NCBI GenBank assembly: GCA_030390025.1
Contig: CM059430.1
Span: 73,284,001-73,348,000 of the forward strand
Length of the DNA: 64,000 nt
From: Squalus acanthias
Lineage: Eukaryota
Direction: 5' to 3'
Positions within the stretch are counted from its first letter, which is position 1, and each line of letters opens with the position of its first letter. Below are positions 14,645 through 28,333 of this stretch, in pieces. Under the pieces are notes generated by a model that ran no database searches, was not told the origin of the DNA, and saw only the letters and a program-made list of their open reading frames with translations. A program made the translations under genes and the position numbers.

Positions 14645-15135
14645 AGGAGTGTTATAAGACACAAAATTGACACCGAGCCACATAAGAAATTAGGGCAGCT
14701 TACCTAAAACTTGTTCAAAGAGGTAGGTTTTAAGGAGCGTCTTAATGGAGGAAAGAGAGGCAGAGAGGTGGAAAGGTTTAGGGAGGGAATTACTGAGCTT
14801 AGCGGACTAGTCAGCTGAAGGGACGGCCACCGAAGGTTAAACGATTATAATCAGGGATGCTGAAGAGGCCAGAATTTGAGGAGCACAGATATTTCGGTGG
14901 GTTGTGAGGCTGAAGCAGATTACATAAATAGGGAGGTGCATGGCCATGGAGTCATTTGAAAACAAGGATGAAAATTTGTTGTCAAGGTGTTGCTTAACCG
15001 GGAGCCAATGTATGTCAGCGAGCACACAGATATGGGTGAACGGGACTTGGTGTGAGTTAGGACACGAGCCGCCGAGATTTGGATGACCTAACGTTAGAAA
15101 GTGGGAAGCCAGCCAGGAGTGCGTTGGAATAGTCA
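14645..15135 (-). mobile_element. L2 LINE 3' fragment
   Basis: HICVLADIHWLPV motif and L2 3' UTR; similar to 56245-56480. Confidence 0.75.
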
Positions 15136-17650
15136 AGAGAATATGAAGAGATTAGGGGAGAAGTCAAAAAAAATTGGGATGGCAAAGAGGAACTATGAAA
15201 TTAAATTATCAAGGAACATCAAATAAAATAATAAAATATTTGACAGGCACTTAAGTAAAAAAAGGAATGTCGTGATCAGAATAGATCCACTAATGGATGA
15301 CAGTGTAAAACCAGAGGCAGCGATAGAGAGATGGCAGAGATATTAAATAATTATTTTACTTCAGTATTTACCAGGGAGATAGAACAGGTGGAGATGATAG
15401 CGGATGATGAGATTAGTAATAAGCTAACTTCATATAAAATAAAACGAGCAGATATATTAAATAAACGAATGAACCTCAAAGAGGATGAATGCCCTGGTCC
15501 AGATGGATTACTTCCGCGCATTCCAAAATAATCTAGGAGAGAGATAGCAGAGGTATTACTGCACATATTTAGTAATTCATTAGAAAAAGGTGTACTGCCA
15601 GAGGACTGGCGGATAGCTAACATAATGCCTCTACGTAAGAAGGGAGATGAACATGTTAAGTGATCTATAGAACAGTCAGCTCAACATCGGTGTCAGGAAA
15701 AAAAATTAAATCCCTACCGAAGGAGAAAATGAAAGAATATCTGGAAATAAAAAATATAGGGCCAGAAATTCGGCTCCCTGGCTTCCCGCGGGTGCAAGGA
15801 TCGCGGGCGCACCTGCATACCGCGACTGCCATTGACCTCTGGGCCAACGGGGACTTCAGCTCCTTGGCCTCATGTAGCTGCCGGACTGCAGTGCTTTTGT
15901 ATCCCAGGGGCGTAGTTAGTGCGATGCGTCCCCTGGGATCACGTGGGCTATGGAGAGCCAATGGCAGCAGACCTTTCAAATCTATGAATACAGATCGGCC
16001 CCAAAACATTCCTAAAACTACAAATACATTTTTGAAAAAACATCACATTTTTAAAATAACTATAAATTACATTAATTAACTATTTTCAACAAAAATTTAC
16101 ATTTTTGAAAAAATTAATTACATTTTTTAACGGGGCTAAAACTAAACTTACCTTTCTTTAAAGTAATTAAAAAAGATAAATCTGTGAAAAAAATGTTAAA
16201 ATTTTAATAAAATCAACACTTACCTTTTTAAAAGAAGGCCTTGCGCATCCTTTTTAAAAGTGTATCTTTTCCGTGCTTATCTTCACGGAGGAACCTGTAA
16301 AAAAATCCGAAGTACGAGGCGAACGCGCTGGCCCTCCGGCGTGCGCGTTTGACCTCGGAACCCCTTTCCTCAGGGGAACGGAAGTGCCGGATTCCCGCGC
16401 ATGCGCAGTGCATGCTAGAAACCGGAACTTTCGTTCCGTCCACGGGTAATTACACAATGGGTACTCACCAGACAACAGCCGAATTTCTGCTCCATAATAA
16501 TAAATAGTCAGCTTGGATTTCAAAAGGAAAAGTCTGGCTTAAACTACCTAATTGAATTTTACGAAGGGGTTATAGAGAGAGTAGACAAAGTTAATGCAGT
16601 AGATGTAATTTATCTAGATTTTAAAAAGGCCTTCGATAATGTACCACAGGTACCACATAATAGACCAATAAATAAGGTCAGGGAATGCGGAGTCAGGGGA
16701 GAAGTAGCAGAATGGATAGCTATCTGGCTTTAAGGCAGAAAGCAGGGAGTAGGGATAAAGGGTTGCTATTGAGAGTGGCACAAGGTAGGAAGTGCTGTTC
16801 CACAAGGATCCGTGCTGGGACCACTGTTGTTCACAACTTAAATGAACGATTTCGACTTTGGAATCAAAACATAATTTCTAAATTTGCGGATGGCACCAAA
16901 TTGGGGGGGGATAATCAACACTGAGGAGGAAGGCAACAATTTACAAGCATACATTAATTAACCTGCAGAATGGGCATATAATTGGTAAATTAAATTCAAC
17001 ACAAATAAATGTGAGGTATTGCATTTTGGGGAGAAAAAGAGAGAGGTAACATATTACTTGCAAAATAAGAATCTAAATGGGGTAGAGGAGCAAAGGGATT
17101 TCGGAGTTCAAATTCACAAATCACTAAAAGTTTCGACACAGGTTGAAAGGCCATAAAGAAGCAAATCAAAAACTAGCTTTTATTTATAGAGGGGTAGAAT
17201 TGAAAAGAAGTTATGTTAAACTTGTATCGAACCTTGGCTAGAACACACTTGGAGTACTGCATACAATTCTGGTCGCCATATTATTGAAATGATATAGAGG
17301 CACTGGAGAGGGTGCAAACAAGTTTTACAAGAATCAACAGGCGGGATCTCTTTTGTCTTGACCTAATACAGCTCTTTAAAATCATGAAATGTTTTGATAG
17401 AGCAGAGACAGAGAGAGTGTTTCCACTTGTAGGGAAGAGCAAAAATATATACGCCATCAATATATCATAGTCAACAAGAAATCAAATAGGGAATTCAGAA
17501 GAAACATCTTTACACAGAGATTATTGAGAATTTGGAACTCACTTCTACAGGGAGTGGTTGAAGCGAATAGCTCGATTGGAGCATAAATGCCAGCGTGAGC
17601 TAGTGGGGACGAATGTCCTGTTTCGGTGCTGTATATCCTAGGTAATCCTA
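15135..17650 (+). mobile_element. CR1 LINE ORF2 fragment interrupted by a MITE
   Basis: MAEILNNYFTSVFT, PGPDGLLPR, YLDFKKAFD and SKFADGTKLG motifs; CR1 3' UTR. Confidence 0.85.
15759..16493. mobile_element. Harbinger-type MITE with TIRs and a 3-bp TSD (ATA)
   Basis: GGGCCAGAAATTCGGCT ... AGCCGAATTTCTGCTCC, with ATA on both flanks. The CR1 frame resumes across it. Confidence 0.88.
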
Positions 17651-18254
17651 TATAACTGTAAATTCAAGGCTGAAGCATACCTTTTATAAAACACACACTT
17701 TCTGCTTTTCACAGTCGCACAGGTATGCTTCAGTAAAAATTGTCTTTATCGTAAAATGTAATTCAACGTTCTCCCCAATTCTGGGTGGGCAATCTTAAAT
17801 TGAAATGATTATACTCGACCACCATATTCAGCCTTTCATGTCGCTTAGAAACACTGAGCCCTGTATTGACGATGAACCTGGAAAGCGCCACATTTTGTGG
17901 GGCAGTCCCAGGTCGCGAGACCAAGAAATATTCACACTGTATAAATTAGCTCGAAATCTAAAATTGACGCAAAATATCCCAAAATCAATACATATCTGTA
18001 ATATAGAGTGAAAACAATTAAAAAACTTAAAACAACATACGTTTATAAGAATGACATTGATTAAAATCCTTAAAATACTTCCAACGTCAAAGACAAGACT
18101 ACAATGAGTTTAACTGCTTTTACAACTGTGAATAGAAGAGGGTGGCGCTGACAATAAAAACAAACTTCAAACCGACACTTTTATAAAGACAGACTTTCAA
18201 ACAAAAGCAATGAATTAACTTATGAAACATTCGTAGGTCAGGAAAATTCCATAC

Positions 18255-18430
18255 ATTCACATAAACTTGCTTGCAAACTGAAAATGCCAGCCATTGTCTG
18301 ATTTGATTTTTTCCAGACTGGCGTGTCTCTGGAACCACTCTGTCGCCTTTCGACACAGGTTCACTTCTGGACTGGTCAAAAATGAATATAATTCTGTCAT
18401 GCTCCAATACTCAAACATCTTACATCGGGG
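18255..18430 (-). mobile_element. Possible degraded LTR-retrotransposon integrase core fragment
   Basis: Hand translation gives MTELYSFLTSPEV...EWFQRHASLEKIKSDNGWHF, resembling the rve F.RHG.P..I.SDNG.F motif. Confidence 0.35.
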
Positions 18431-19084
18431 TAACTCAACATCGGTTGAGTTTGTGAGTGTTAATGGAGCATCACGTGTACTATGCTCCTTGAAAGTATCC
18501 TTCCTTAATCGACGAGATGACCAGCCACGTCGGTCCTAATTTCCTACTGACAACAAAATATGCAAACAACCGTTAGTCAGCGTCCTGCCATGGTCGCCAA
18601 GTTGTAGTCCATTTGGACTGCCTGTTCAATTGTTTGAAAATGGTACTATATTGATAACGGTTCGGACTTTTATTTAGGAACAACCGTGGATCAATATATT
18701 GCAGTACTTACGTATCTTATTACCCGGCACAGTTGAGAATTAAATTACACCGTCGTCCCTTGGGGAGCAATTGTGACTTTGTTCCAGACACCCTCGGCTT
18801 TCGGCCCTGGTCCCTCAGTTCAATCCTCGACCCTGAGAGTGGCGCAAATTCGCTTGCTTATACCGCAAAAAGCAGATCTGCGAGAAACGTCATCCAATCA
18901 TGTTTACTCGAATACTCCCCCATTCTACCCAATCATAGGGGCAGCCCGTACATATCCAGACTAGACAATATCTTGTGACACCTAATTTTTGCTTTTAGGC
19001 TCAGTACAATCCTCCTTTATTTTCGTGGTTATTTTCTCATTTTGTAGATCTTGAAACAAAGAACAATTCTAACTGTAAAGGGCA

Positions 19085-19770
19085 CTTTGCCTAAAATATC
19101 CATCCTCGTCCACTCGAGCTTTCTCCAGCCTTTAACACTTTTGACCACACCATCCTCAGACAACGCCTCTCCTCCGTTTAAAGCTGGGTGGGACTGCACT
19201 CGCCTGGTTCTATTCTTATCTATACAGTTGAAACCCCAGGATCACATTGACACTTCCTCTTTCTCATCTGCATGCTTCCCCTCTTCGACATCATTCAAAA
19301 ACACGACGGTAGATTCCACATGCGCACTGATGACAGCCAGCTCTACCTCGCCAACACCTCTCTCGAATCCGTCACTGTCTCTAAATTGTAATTTTCAGGA
19401 GCGCCCAGTTTAAGATGATGAAAGTATTCAACATGCTAGATAGAGAGAAACGGTTTTCTCTGGCGGGAGTGTGTGGAACAGGGGGGGAAAAACATTAAAA
19501 TTAGACCTTGGAGGTTCAGGAGTGATGTTAGCAAACACTTCTTCACACAAAGGGTAGTGGAAATCAGGAACTGTATCACTCAAAAAGCTGTTGAGGTTAG
19601 GTCAGCTGAAAATATCAAAACTCAGATCGATCTATTTTTTTGTTAGGTAACGGTATTCAAGGATGTGCAACCAAAGCGGATAAATGTGTTGTCATAAAGA
19701 TCAGCCATGATTTAATTGAATTCAGGAAATTGTTCGATAGGCCTACTCATGTTTCTATTTTCCTCTGTTC
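19085..19770 (+). mobile_element. L2 fragment followed by a CR1 3' fragment
   Basis: Degraded RT region (TTCCACATGCGCACTGATGACAGCCAGCTCTAC), then a CR1 3' UTR. Confidence 0.65.
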
Positions 19771-20789
19771 CGATAATAACATTTCTAGCAAAATTCTGAA
19801 CTAGTTTGTTTTGGTTTTCGTGCCTTTTTCTGTTACAAATTACTTTAGGAGAATTTATACCAAGGCTTCTGACACTATAATTTGTGGTACCTTCGCGAAT
19901 ATGGAAAACATATTTTGCAATTGGGAATCAAACATCGCTTATGAATCAAGCATCTGAAGCTGCACCAGAGGCAGCTTCCAATGCTCTTCTCAACTCTTGG
20001 TCAAACATGTTTGCTCTAAAGGTGGTTTCCAAAGGAGTAGAGTGAGGTGGACAGGCGGAGAGGTTATGGCAGGTTATTCCAGTGTTGGTCTAACAGAGTT
20101 CTCGGAGGGTTGCAGAGCTGGAGACGTTTACAGAGACAGGAAGAAATTTGAACACGAGCGTGATAACTTTGAATTTGTGATGGTTGGAGGCTGGACGGCA
20201 GTGTCGGTCAGTGAAACATAGTAGTACCAGTGTCGTTCTTCGTATGGTGGTGACCTCCTGAAGACTTTGTCTCGGGATTGGTGATGGGATCAGATTCCTT
20301 CAGAAAGCGGGCAGTCTTGATCAAATGTTCAATTCAATTCTTCATTATCTTCCTCTAACGCTGTTCCCTGATACTTTGCCATCAATTTTTCATTTTGAAG
20401 GCGGTCCGATCTACAGAGACCTTAAGTGGAGCTTCCGAGCAGATCACTTCGGCTGCTTGTTTTCTACTATCTTTTCGTTTCTGTACATTCTGTTTCTGTA
20501 AACGTTCAACCTTCTTTTTTTGACTTTTAGATTGTGTTTTCCGTCAGTTTTTTTTCCTGAATTACGGTTTCTGACAGTGCAGGTCCGGTAGCGCGAAGGA
20601 TAAACACAGAATCGTAGCTGACATCATTTTATTTTTATTATCTTTCGATCCCTGAGAAAGCCTTCCAGACAATCAGTGATGGCCTCGACTGTTTTTTCCT
20701 ATCACTGATGCTGCTCAACCAGCAGGACCGAACACCTAAAGATCCAGCTACTTATCCATATGTTCACTTAGCTTACCAATTTTTCCTAA

Positions 20790-22042
20790 CTTTAATGAGT
20801 TATGCTTCCGCCAGGTCCAATCGGGTCCAGACCTCATTGCAGCCTTGGTTAAAACATAGACAAAAGATCTGATTTCCAGATGTGAGGTGATAGTGACTGA
20901 CTTGACAACAAGGGAGCATTTGACCGACAGTGGCATCAAGTAGCCGTAGTAAAACTGAAGTCAATGGGAATCAGGGGGAAAACTCTCCACTGTCTGAAAT
21001 CATACCTAGCACAAAGGAAGATGGTTATATTTGTTGGAGGTCAATCATCTCCGCCCAGGTCATCGCTGCAGGAGTTCCTCTGGACAGTTTCATTTGCCCA
21101 AACATCTTCAGCTACTTTAACAAACGTTCCCTCCATTATAAAGTCAGAAATGCAGATGTGGGCTGATGATTGCAAAGTTTTCAGTTCCATTCGGAACTCC
21201 TCAGATAATGAAGCAGTCCATGCCCAAATGCATCAAGACCTGGAAGACTTTCAGGATTGGGTTGATATGTGGCAAGTAACATTCGCGCCACAAAAGTGCC
21301 AGGCAATGACTATCTCCAACAAGCGAAGGTCTAGCCACCGCCCCTTGACATTCAACGGCATTACCATCAACGAAACCGCCACCATCAACATCCTGGGGTT
21401 CATCAATGACCAGAAACTTTACTGTACCAGCCACTTAAATATTGTGGCTACAAGAGCAGGTCAAAGGCTGGGTATTCTGCGGCGATTGTCTCACATCCTG
21501 ACTCCCCAAAGCCTTTCCACCATCTACAAAGCACAAGTCAGAAGTGTTAAGCATTCTCTCCACTTGTCTGGATGAGTGCAGCTCCAACAACACTCAAGAA
21601 GCTCGACACCATCCAGGACAAAGCATCCCGCTTGAATGGCACTACATCCAACAACTTAAACATTCACTACCTGCAACACTGGTGCACCGTTGCTGCAGTG
21701 TGTACCATCTACAAGATGCACTGCAGCAACTCGACATGGTTTCTTCGGCAGGGGCTCCCAAACCCTCGACCTCAAGCACCTGGAAGGATAAGGACAGCAG
21801 GCGCTGGGAACGCCACCGCCTGCAAGTTGCCCTCCAAATCACACACCATCATTACTTTGAAATATAACGCCATTCCGTCATCGTTGCTGGGTCAAAATCC
21901 AGGAGCTCACACCCTAACAGCACTGTGGGAGTAGAATCACCACACGAACTGCAGCGAATTCAGGTCGCGTCAAAGCACCACCTTCACAAGGGCAATTAGG
22001 AATGGCCAATAAATGTTGTCCTTGCCAGCGATGCCTTCATTC
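20790..22042 (+). mobile_element. LINE family B, 5'-truncated
   Basis: WADDCKVF RT motif, AAPTTLKKLDTIQDKA, family 3' end. Confidence 0.85.
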
Positions 22043-22134
22043 CAGGAACGAACAAAAAAAACGATTGAGCATCGTAGGCTTGGCCGTTCCAGAGACAGGT
22101 AAGGAGCTTATAGCTATTCGTTAAAGCCACATCA

Positions 22135-23890
22135 GCAGGCGCTGAAAACATCTCGGCTGCAGTGCTGAAGACGTGTGCTCCATAAGTAGCCATGTACCTA
22201 GCCAAGCAGTTGCATACAACAGCAACACATTCTTCTAAACAATAACTTGTAAAATTACCAGGTATGTCCTTTCCACAAAATCAGGATAAATCCAATCCAC
22301 CAATGACAGCCCTATCAGCCTACGCTCAATCATTATCAAAGTGATGTGTGGTGTCATAGAAAGTACTATCAAGCGGCACTTACTCATCAATAAGCTGCTT
22401 ACCACTGCTCAGTTTGTGTTCCGGCAGGTCCACTCAGCTCCAGAACTCATTGCAGCCTTGCACAAAACATGGACAAAAGAGTTCAATTGAAGAGTTCAGT
22501 TGAGAGTGACAACCCTTGACATCAAGACACCAGTTGACCGAGAGAGGCATCAAAGAGCCCTAGAAAAATAGAAATCAATGGGACCAAGGAAAAGCTCTCC
22601 ACTGGTTGGAATCATAGCTAGCAGAGCGGTAGATCGTTGTTATTTATTGGGGACAATCATCTCATCCCCAGGACATCGCTGCTGGAGTTGCTCAGGACAG
22701 TGTCGAAGGCTCACCCATCTTCAGCTGCTTCATCAATAACCTACCCGCAAACATAAGGTCAGGAGTGGACATGCTTGCTGACGATTGCACAGTGTGGAGT
22801 TCCATTCTCCACAACTCAGATAATGAACAAGTCCGTGCCCGCAACAGCAAGACCTGGACAACATTCAAGCTTGGGCTGATAAGTGGCAAGTAACATTCGC
22901 GACACAGAAGTGCCAGATAATGAGCATCTCCAACAAGAAAAAGTCTAAACACCTCCCCTTGACATTCAATGCTATTAACGCGGGCGAATCCCCCAGTACC
23001 AACAACTTGGGAGCTCCATGGACCTTATGAAACTCCATGAACTCCCTTTGTGTAGCGAGTTCTTCATTCTCACGCCCCTCTGCGTAAAGAAGTTTCTTCT
23101 GAATGCTCTATCTGATATCTTGGTGGCTATCTGATATAGACGGCCTCATGTTATGCTCTTCCACACAAGTGGAAACATTATCCCCATATCTACTCTATCA
23201 TAATCTTGCAATGTTTTAAAGACTTCTGACTCATCAACCCTTAGCCTCCTCTTTTCAAGAGAAAAAGAAATATACAAGGCAAATGTTGGAAGTGTGATGG
23301 AATACACGATACTTATCTGAGGTTTTGATATAGTAGATACAGGGAGAGTGTTTCCACTTATGTGGAAGAGCATAACTAGAGGCCATCAATATGAGATAGC
23401 CACCAAGAGATCAAATAGGGAATTCAGAAGAAACTTCATTACACAGAGGGCCGTGAGAATGTGGAACTCGCAACACAAATGGGGAACTTGAGGCAAATAG
23501 TATAGATGCATTTAAGGGGAGGCTAGTTAAGCATATGAAGGATAAGCGAATAGAGGGTTACGCTGATAGAGTTGAATGAGGAAAGACGGGAGTACGCTCG
23601 AGTGGAGCATGGATGGTTGGGCCGAATGGCCTGTTTCTGTGCCATATATCCGGTGTAACACTCTGTATATGGTAGAAAGGCTTTGGAAATTGCGGAGGTG
23701 AGTTACTGCCGGCAGAATACTCAGCCTCTGACCTGCTCTTGTAACCACGCTATTTATGTGGTTTGCCCATTTAAGTTTGTGGTCCATGGAGCTCCCAAGT
23801 TATTGGTAGTGCATCTCCAACAACACTCAAGAAGCAGCGCGCTGCAGTGTGCACCATTTACAAGATGCACTGCAGCAACTCGCCAAGGCT
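22135..23890. mobile_element. Scrambled LINE family B and CR1 fragments in both orientations
   Basis: Family-B RT 22135-23030 (+); CR1 pieces 23040-23660; inverted family-B piece 23665-23790. Confidence 0.7.
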
Positions 23891-23894
23891 TCTT

Positions 23895-26843
23895 ACATAA
23901 GAACATAAGAAATAGGAGCAGGTGTAGGCCATTCGGCCCCTCGAGCCAGCCCTCCATTCAATAAGATCGTGGCTGACGTCTACCTCATCTCCACTTTCCT
24001 GCACTATCCGCATATCTATTCATTCCATTAATATTCAAAAATCTATCGATCTCTGTCTTGAATATTCTCAACGGCTGAGCCGCCACAGCCCTCTGGTGTA
24101 GAGATTTCCAAAGATTCAACTCCCTCTGAGTGAAGAAATTTCTCCTCATCTCAGTCTTTAATGGCCAACTGCTTATTCTCAGACTGTGACCCCTGGTTCT
24201 GGACTCCCCAGCCAGGGGAAACATCCTCCCTGCAGCTACTCTGTCAGACCATGTAAGAATGTTCAATGTTTCAATGAGATTCCCTCTCATTCTGCTAAAC
24301 TCTAGAGAATAAAGGCCTAGTCTGCTCAATGTCTACTCCATAGAACGATATCACATCACAGGAATCAGACTGGTGAATCGTCGTTGCACTACCACTATGA
24401 CAAGTATATCCGTCCTTCGGTAATGAGACCAAAACTGCACAATACTCCAGGTGTGGTCTCACCAGGGCGCTATATAATTGCATTTAGACGTCTTTACTCC
24501 AGTACTCAAATCCTCTTGTAATATAGGCCAACATACCATTTGCTTTCCTAATTGCTTGATGTACCTGCATGTTAACTTTCAGTGATTCGTGTACAAGGAC
24601 ACCTAGATCCCTCTGAGCACCAATATTTCCCATTCTCTCATCATTTAGAAAATATTCTGCTTTTCCATTTTTCCTACCAAAGTGGATAACTTCACATTTC
24701 TCCACGTTATATTCCATTTGCCATGTTTCGGCCCAATCACTTAACTTGGCTATATCCCCATGAAGCCTCCTTGCATCCTCCTCACAACTTACATTCCCAC
24801 CCAGCTTTGTATCATCAGTAAACTTGGATACATCACCTTTGTTCCTCTCATCCAAATCAATGACGAAGGTTGTGAATAGCTGAGCCCCAAAAACTGATCC
24901 TTGCGGTGCCCCACCAGTTACAGGCTGCCAACCCGAAATGGAAATTTTATTTCTACTCTCTGTTTTCAAAACGTTAAACAGTCCTCAAGCCATGCTAGTA
25001 TATTACCCCCAATCCCAAGAGGCCTAATTTTGTTTAATAGCCTCTTGTGTGGAACCTTATGGAATACATTCTGAAAATCCAAATACAACACAACCACTGG
25101 TACCACCTTATCTTTTCTGGTCGTTAAAACCTCAAAAAACTCTAACAGATACGTCAAACATGATTTCCCTTTCATAAATCCGTATTGATTCTGCCCAAAC
25201 CTATTATTTTTTCGAAGTGCCCTGTTACCACATCATTAATAATAAATTCGAGAAATTCCCTACAATTATGTCAGGTTAACTGGTCTGTAGTTCCCTGTTT
25301 TGCCTCTCCCTTCTTTCTTAAATAGTGTAGTTACATGTGCTGCCTTTCAATCCGTGGGAACCGTTCCAGAATCTGTGGTATTTTGGAAAATAACAACCAA
25401 TGCCTTAACTATATCTGTAGCCACCTCTACCAAAACCCTAGGATGCAGGCCATCAAGTCCAGGGGATTTATCGGCTTTCAGTCCCATTACTTTCTCCAGT
25501 ACTATTTTTTTTACCAATATATAATTTCTTTCACTTCATCCTTCTCGCTGAAGCCTTGGTTTTCAACTATTTCCGGGACGTTTTTTGCATCTCCTTCCGT
25601 GAAAACGGACACAAGTCATTTGTTTAATTTCTCTTCCATTTCCTTATTCCCCAATATAATTTCTCCTTTCTTAGCCTGTAAGGGACCCACATTTACTTAC
25701 GCTCATCTTTACCTTTTCATATATCTATAGAAGATTTTACAGTCTGTTTTTATGTCTCTCAGTAGTTTACTCTCATATACTATTTTCCCTTTCTTCATCA
25801 ATTTCTTCATCCTCCTTTGCTGAATTCTAAAATCCCCCCAATCCTCAGGCTTACTACTCTTTTTGGCAACATTACAAGCCTCTTCCTTTGATGTAATTCT
25901 ATCTTTAACTTCTCATGCTGGCCACGGTTGGACCACTTCTCCTGTGGGGTTTTTGTGCTTTAAAGGAAGGCATATTTGTTGTAAATGATGGGTTAATTCT
26001 TTAAATGCTAGCCATTGCTTGGTCTACCATCATACCTTTTCATGTAGTTTCCCAATTTACCATTGACAACTCGCCCCTCATACCTACATAGTTTGCTTTA
26101 TTTAGATTTTAAAGCCTATTTTTTTAGATTTAACTAAATCACTTTCAAACTCAGTATAACATTCTATCATTTTATGGTCACTCTTACCTAAGTGCCCCAT
26201 TAGTACAAGGTTATTAATTGACTATTTCTTATTGCACAATACTACATCTAAAATAATCTGTTCCCTAGTTGGTTCCTCAACATACTGATATAGAAAACTA
26301 TTTGCCATACATTCCATGAGTCAGTCCTCCACAGTTTTACTACAAATTTGGTTTGCCCAGTCTATATGTAGAGTAATGACTCCCATGAACGCTGTATTAC
26401 CCTTGTGACATGCTCCTCGAATTTTCTGATTTATGCTCCACCCTACATTACAACAACTGTTTGGGAGCCTATAAACACGTCGCACCAATGTTTCTTAGCT
26501 CCACCTAAACTGCTACTACTTCTTGATTTTAGGAGATAAGTTCCTTTCTCTCTATTGCATTTATCCCATCCTTTATTATCAAGGCTACCCCTCCTCCTTT
26601 TCCACTTTGCCTATCCCTTTTAAACGTTTAAGTATCCTGGCATATTTATTTCTCCGCGCTGGCCAGTTTGCAACCACGTCTCAATTATGGCTATTAGATG
26701 AAAAATGTTGATTTATATCTGCGCTATTTTTCATCTATTTTGTTGCGAATGCTTCGTGTTCAGATATAGTGCCTTTAGATTTAACTTATCTATTTTCCCT
26801 GATGTCACATTAGTCACTGATGCCTTATTATCTTTGTTACTCT
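23895..26843 (-). mobile_element. CR1 LINE ORF2 (APE endonuclease + RT), degenerate
   Basis: KGKSCLTYLLEFFE, YLDFQNVFHKVPH, SKFTDDTKLGG; (AACATAAG) tail at ~23895. Confidence 0.92.
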
Positions 26844-28173
26844 TGTAGGGGATGGTATGTGGGGCCAGCCTTCACCTCTGACTCAGTGAATGGTTCGATT
26901 CGTTCCCACGCCCCTGGTTCTAGACTTTGGACTTATTCAGGGGTTGTGAACAAAGATGCAATAGAGAACAGGTTCTTATGAAAATGTTTTGACTTTATTA
27001 AAAGAAAACGGTAACAAACATAAAACACACTTAATACTTAAACACAGGTTGGAGAACACACGGTACATACGAGGGAAAATGACAATATACATAAAAAACA
27101 TGTCCCTCCCAAAAATCCCACTATCGAGCTAGGTTTTGGTTTCAGGAGATCAGGGATAATGCTCACCAAACGAATCCTTGACAGTTGTGAGTTAGGGTTT
27201 AGAGTCTTTTGAGTAAAAGGTTTCATAAGGCCCTTTTTGCCGCGAGGTGTCCGATGGTCACTGACGCAGTCGCTCTGGTTTCTTCTTGCGTCTGCTTGTG
27301 AAGTTATTGGCCTTCTTTCCTCCTCCTGCTCGTGGCTTGTGTTGTCTTGCTGGAACACAGCTGTGTGGGAGCTGTGCGAGCGTTGAGTGCGTTGTCAGAG
27401 AGTCCAGAGAGAGAGAGAGAGAGAATGTCTTGGGGGATTATGCCCCCAATTATAATGTTCAGCCCATTTGTCCTTTTCGTGGCCAAAAACCCCAGACTGA
27501 ATCGGTTTCCTTTAGATTTCAAATGAGCCCTGCTTATTCCATTGTCTTAGTTTTGGCGAGCTTGTCAATTTCGATGTTAACTTGGTGGTAAACATGCCCT
27601 GGTGGCTTTCGATGTTTCACATTTAGGCATGGCCTTTATCTGCGAGCCAAATCTTGTCCCTGTTGTCCTAGGTTTTTTGGCGGGCTTGTAAATCTGTCCG
27701 TGTGGATACCTGGTTGATTGGTTTTTGATGAAGTAATCGGGGTACTAAATATTTTATTGATTTCAGGCTTCTGGTATCCTGTTTGGGCCTGGGAATTTCA
27801 AAAGAGGTCTTCGATTATTCATATCTCGAAGTATATGTGAGGATTTGGGTTTGTCTCTTCCTCCTTGGTAGGAATGCAGTGTAAACAATTCCCAGACTGC
27901 TTGATTGGGCCCCAATACGCAAAGCTGTCCACTGCCTGGCCACGCCCCTCTGCAGCCTGTCTGTGTCGGTGAAAGGTGTCTTTCACAACAGTAAGATTCA
28001 AAAGTCATTTTCCTCAGAGTTTTTCTTCCCTGAGCTTTAAAATGTCCAAAACTGAGGTTTTTACCTCAAATCACTTCATTTAGGTCCTATCATCCCAAGT
28101 TTGTATGAAAGGTCCAAAAATCACCACTTTTAGGTTTCTGTTCGAGTATCTGGGGGATTTTGCGAAGCCTACA
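26844..28173 (-). mobile_element. Solo LTR, 1330 bp
   Basis: TGTAGG...CCTACA terminal inverted repeat (TG..CA); minus-strand AATAAA at ~26998, about 150 nt from the 3' end; no coding motifs; no TSD. Confidence 0.72.
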
Positions 28174-28333
28174 GTAACTCCAGGTTAAACATAAACTGTT
28201 TGCCGACCACGGATTATGATTGTTTGAATCAGTTATTCAACCTTTTTGTTCCCGCTTGCCCAAGCTATATTTCCACAGTTACTGTTTTATGAACAACAAG
28301 GTATATGGAGATAGGCCGGGAAAGTATGTTGAG

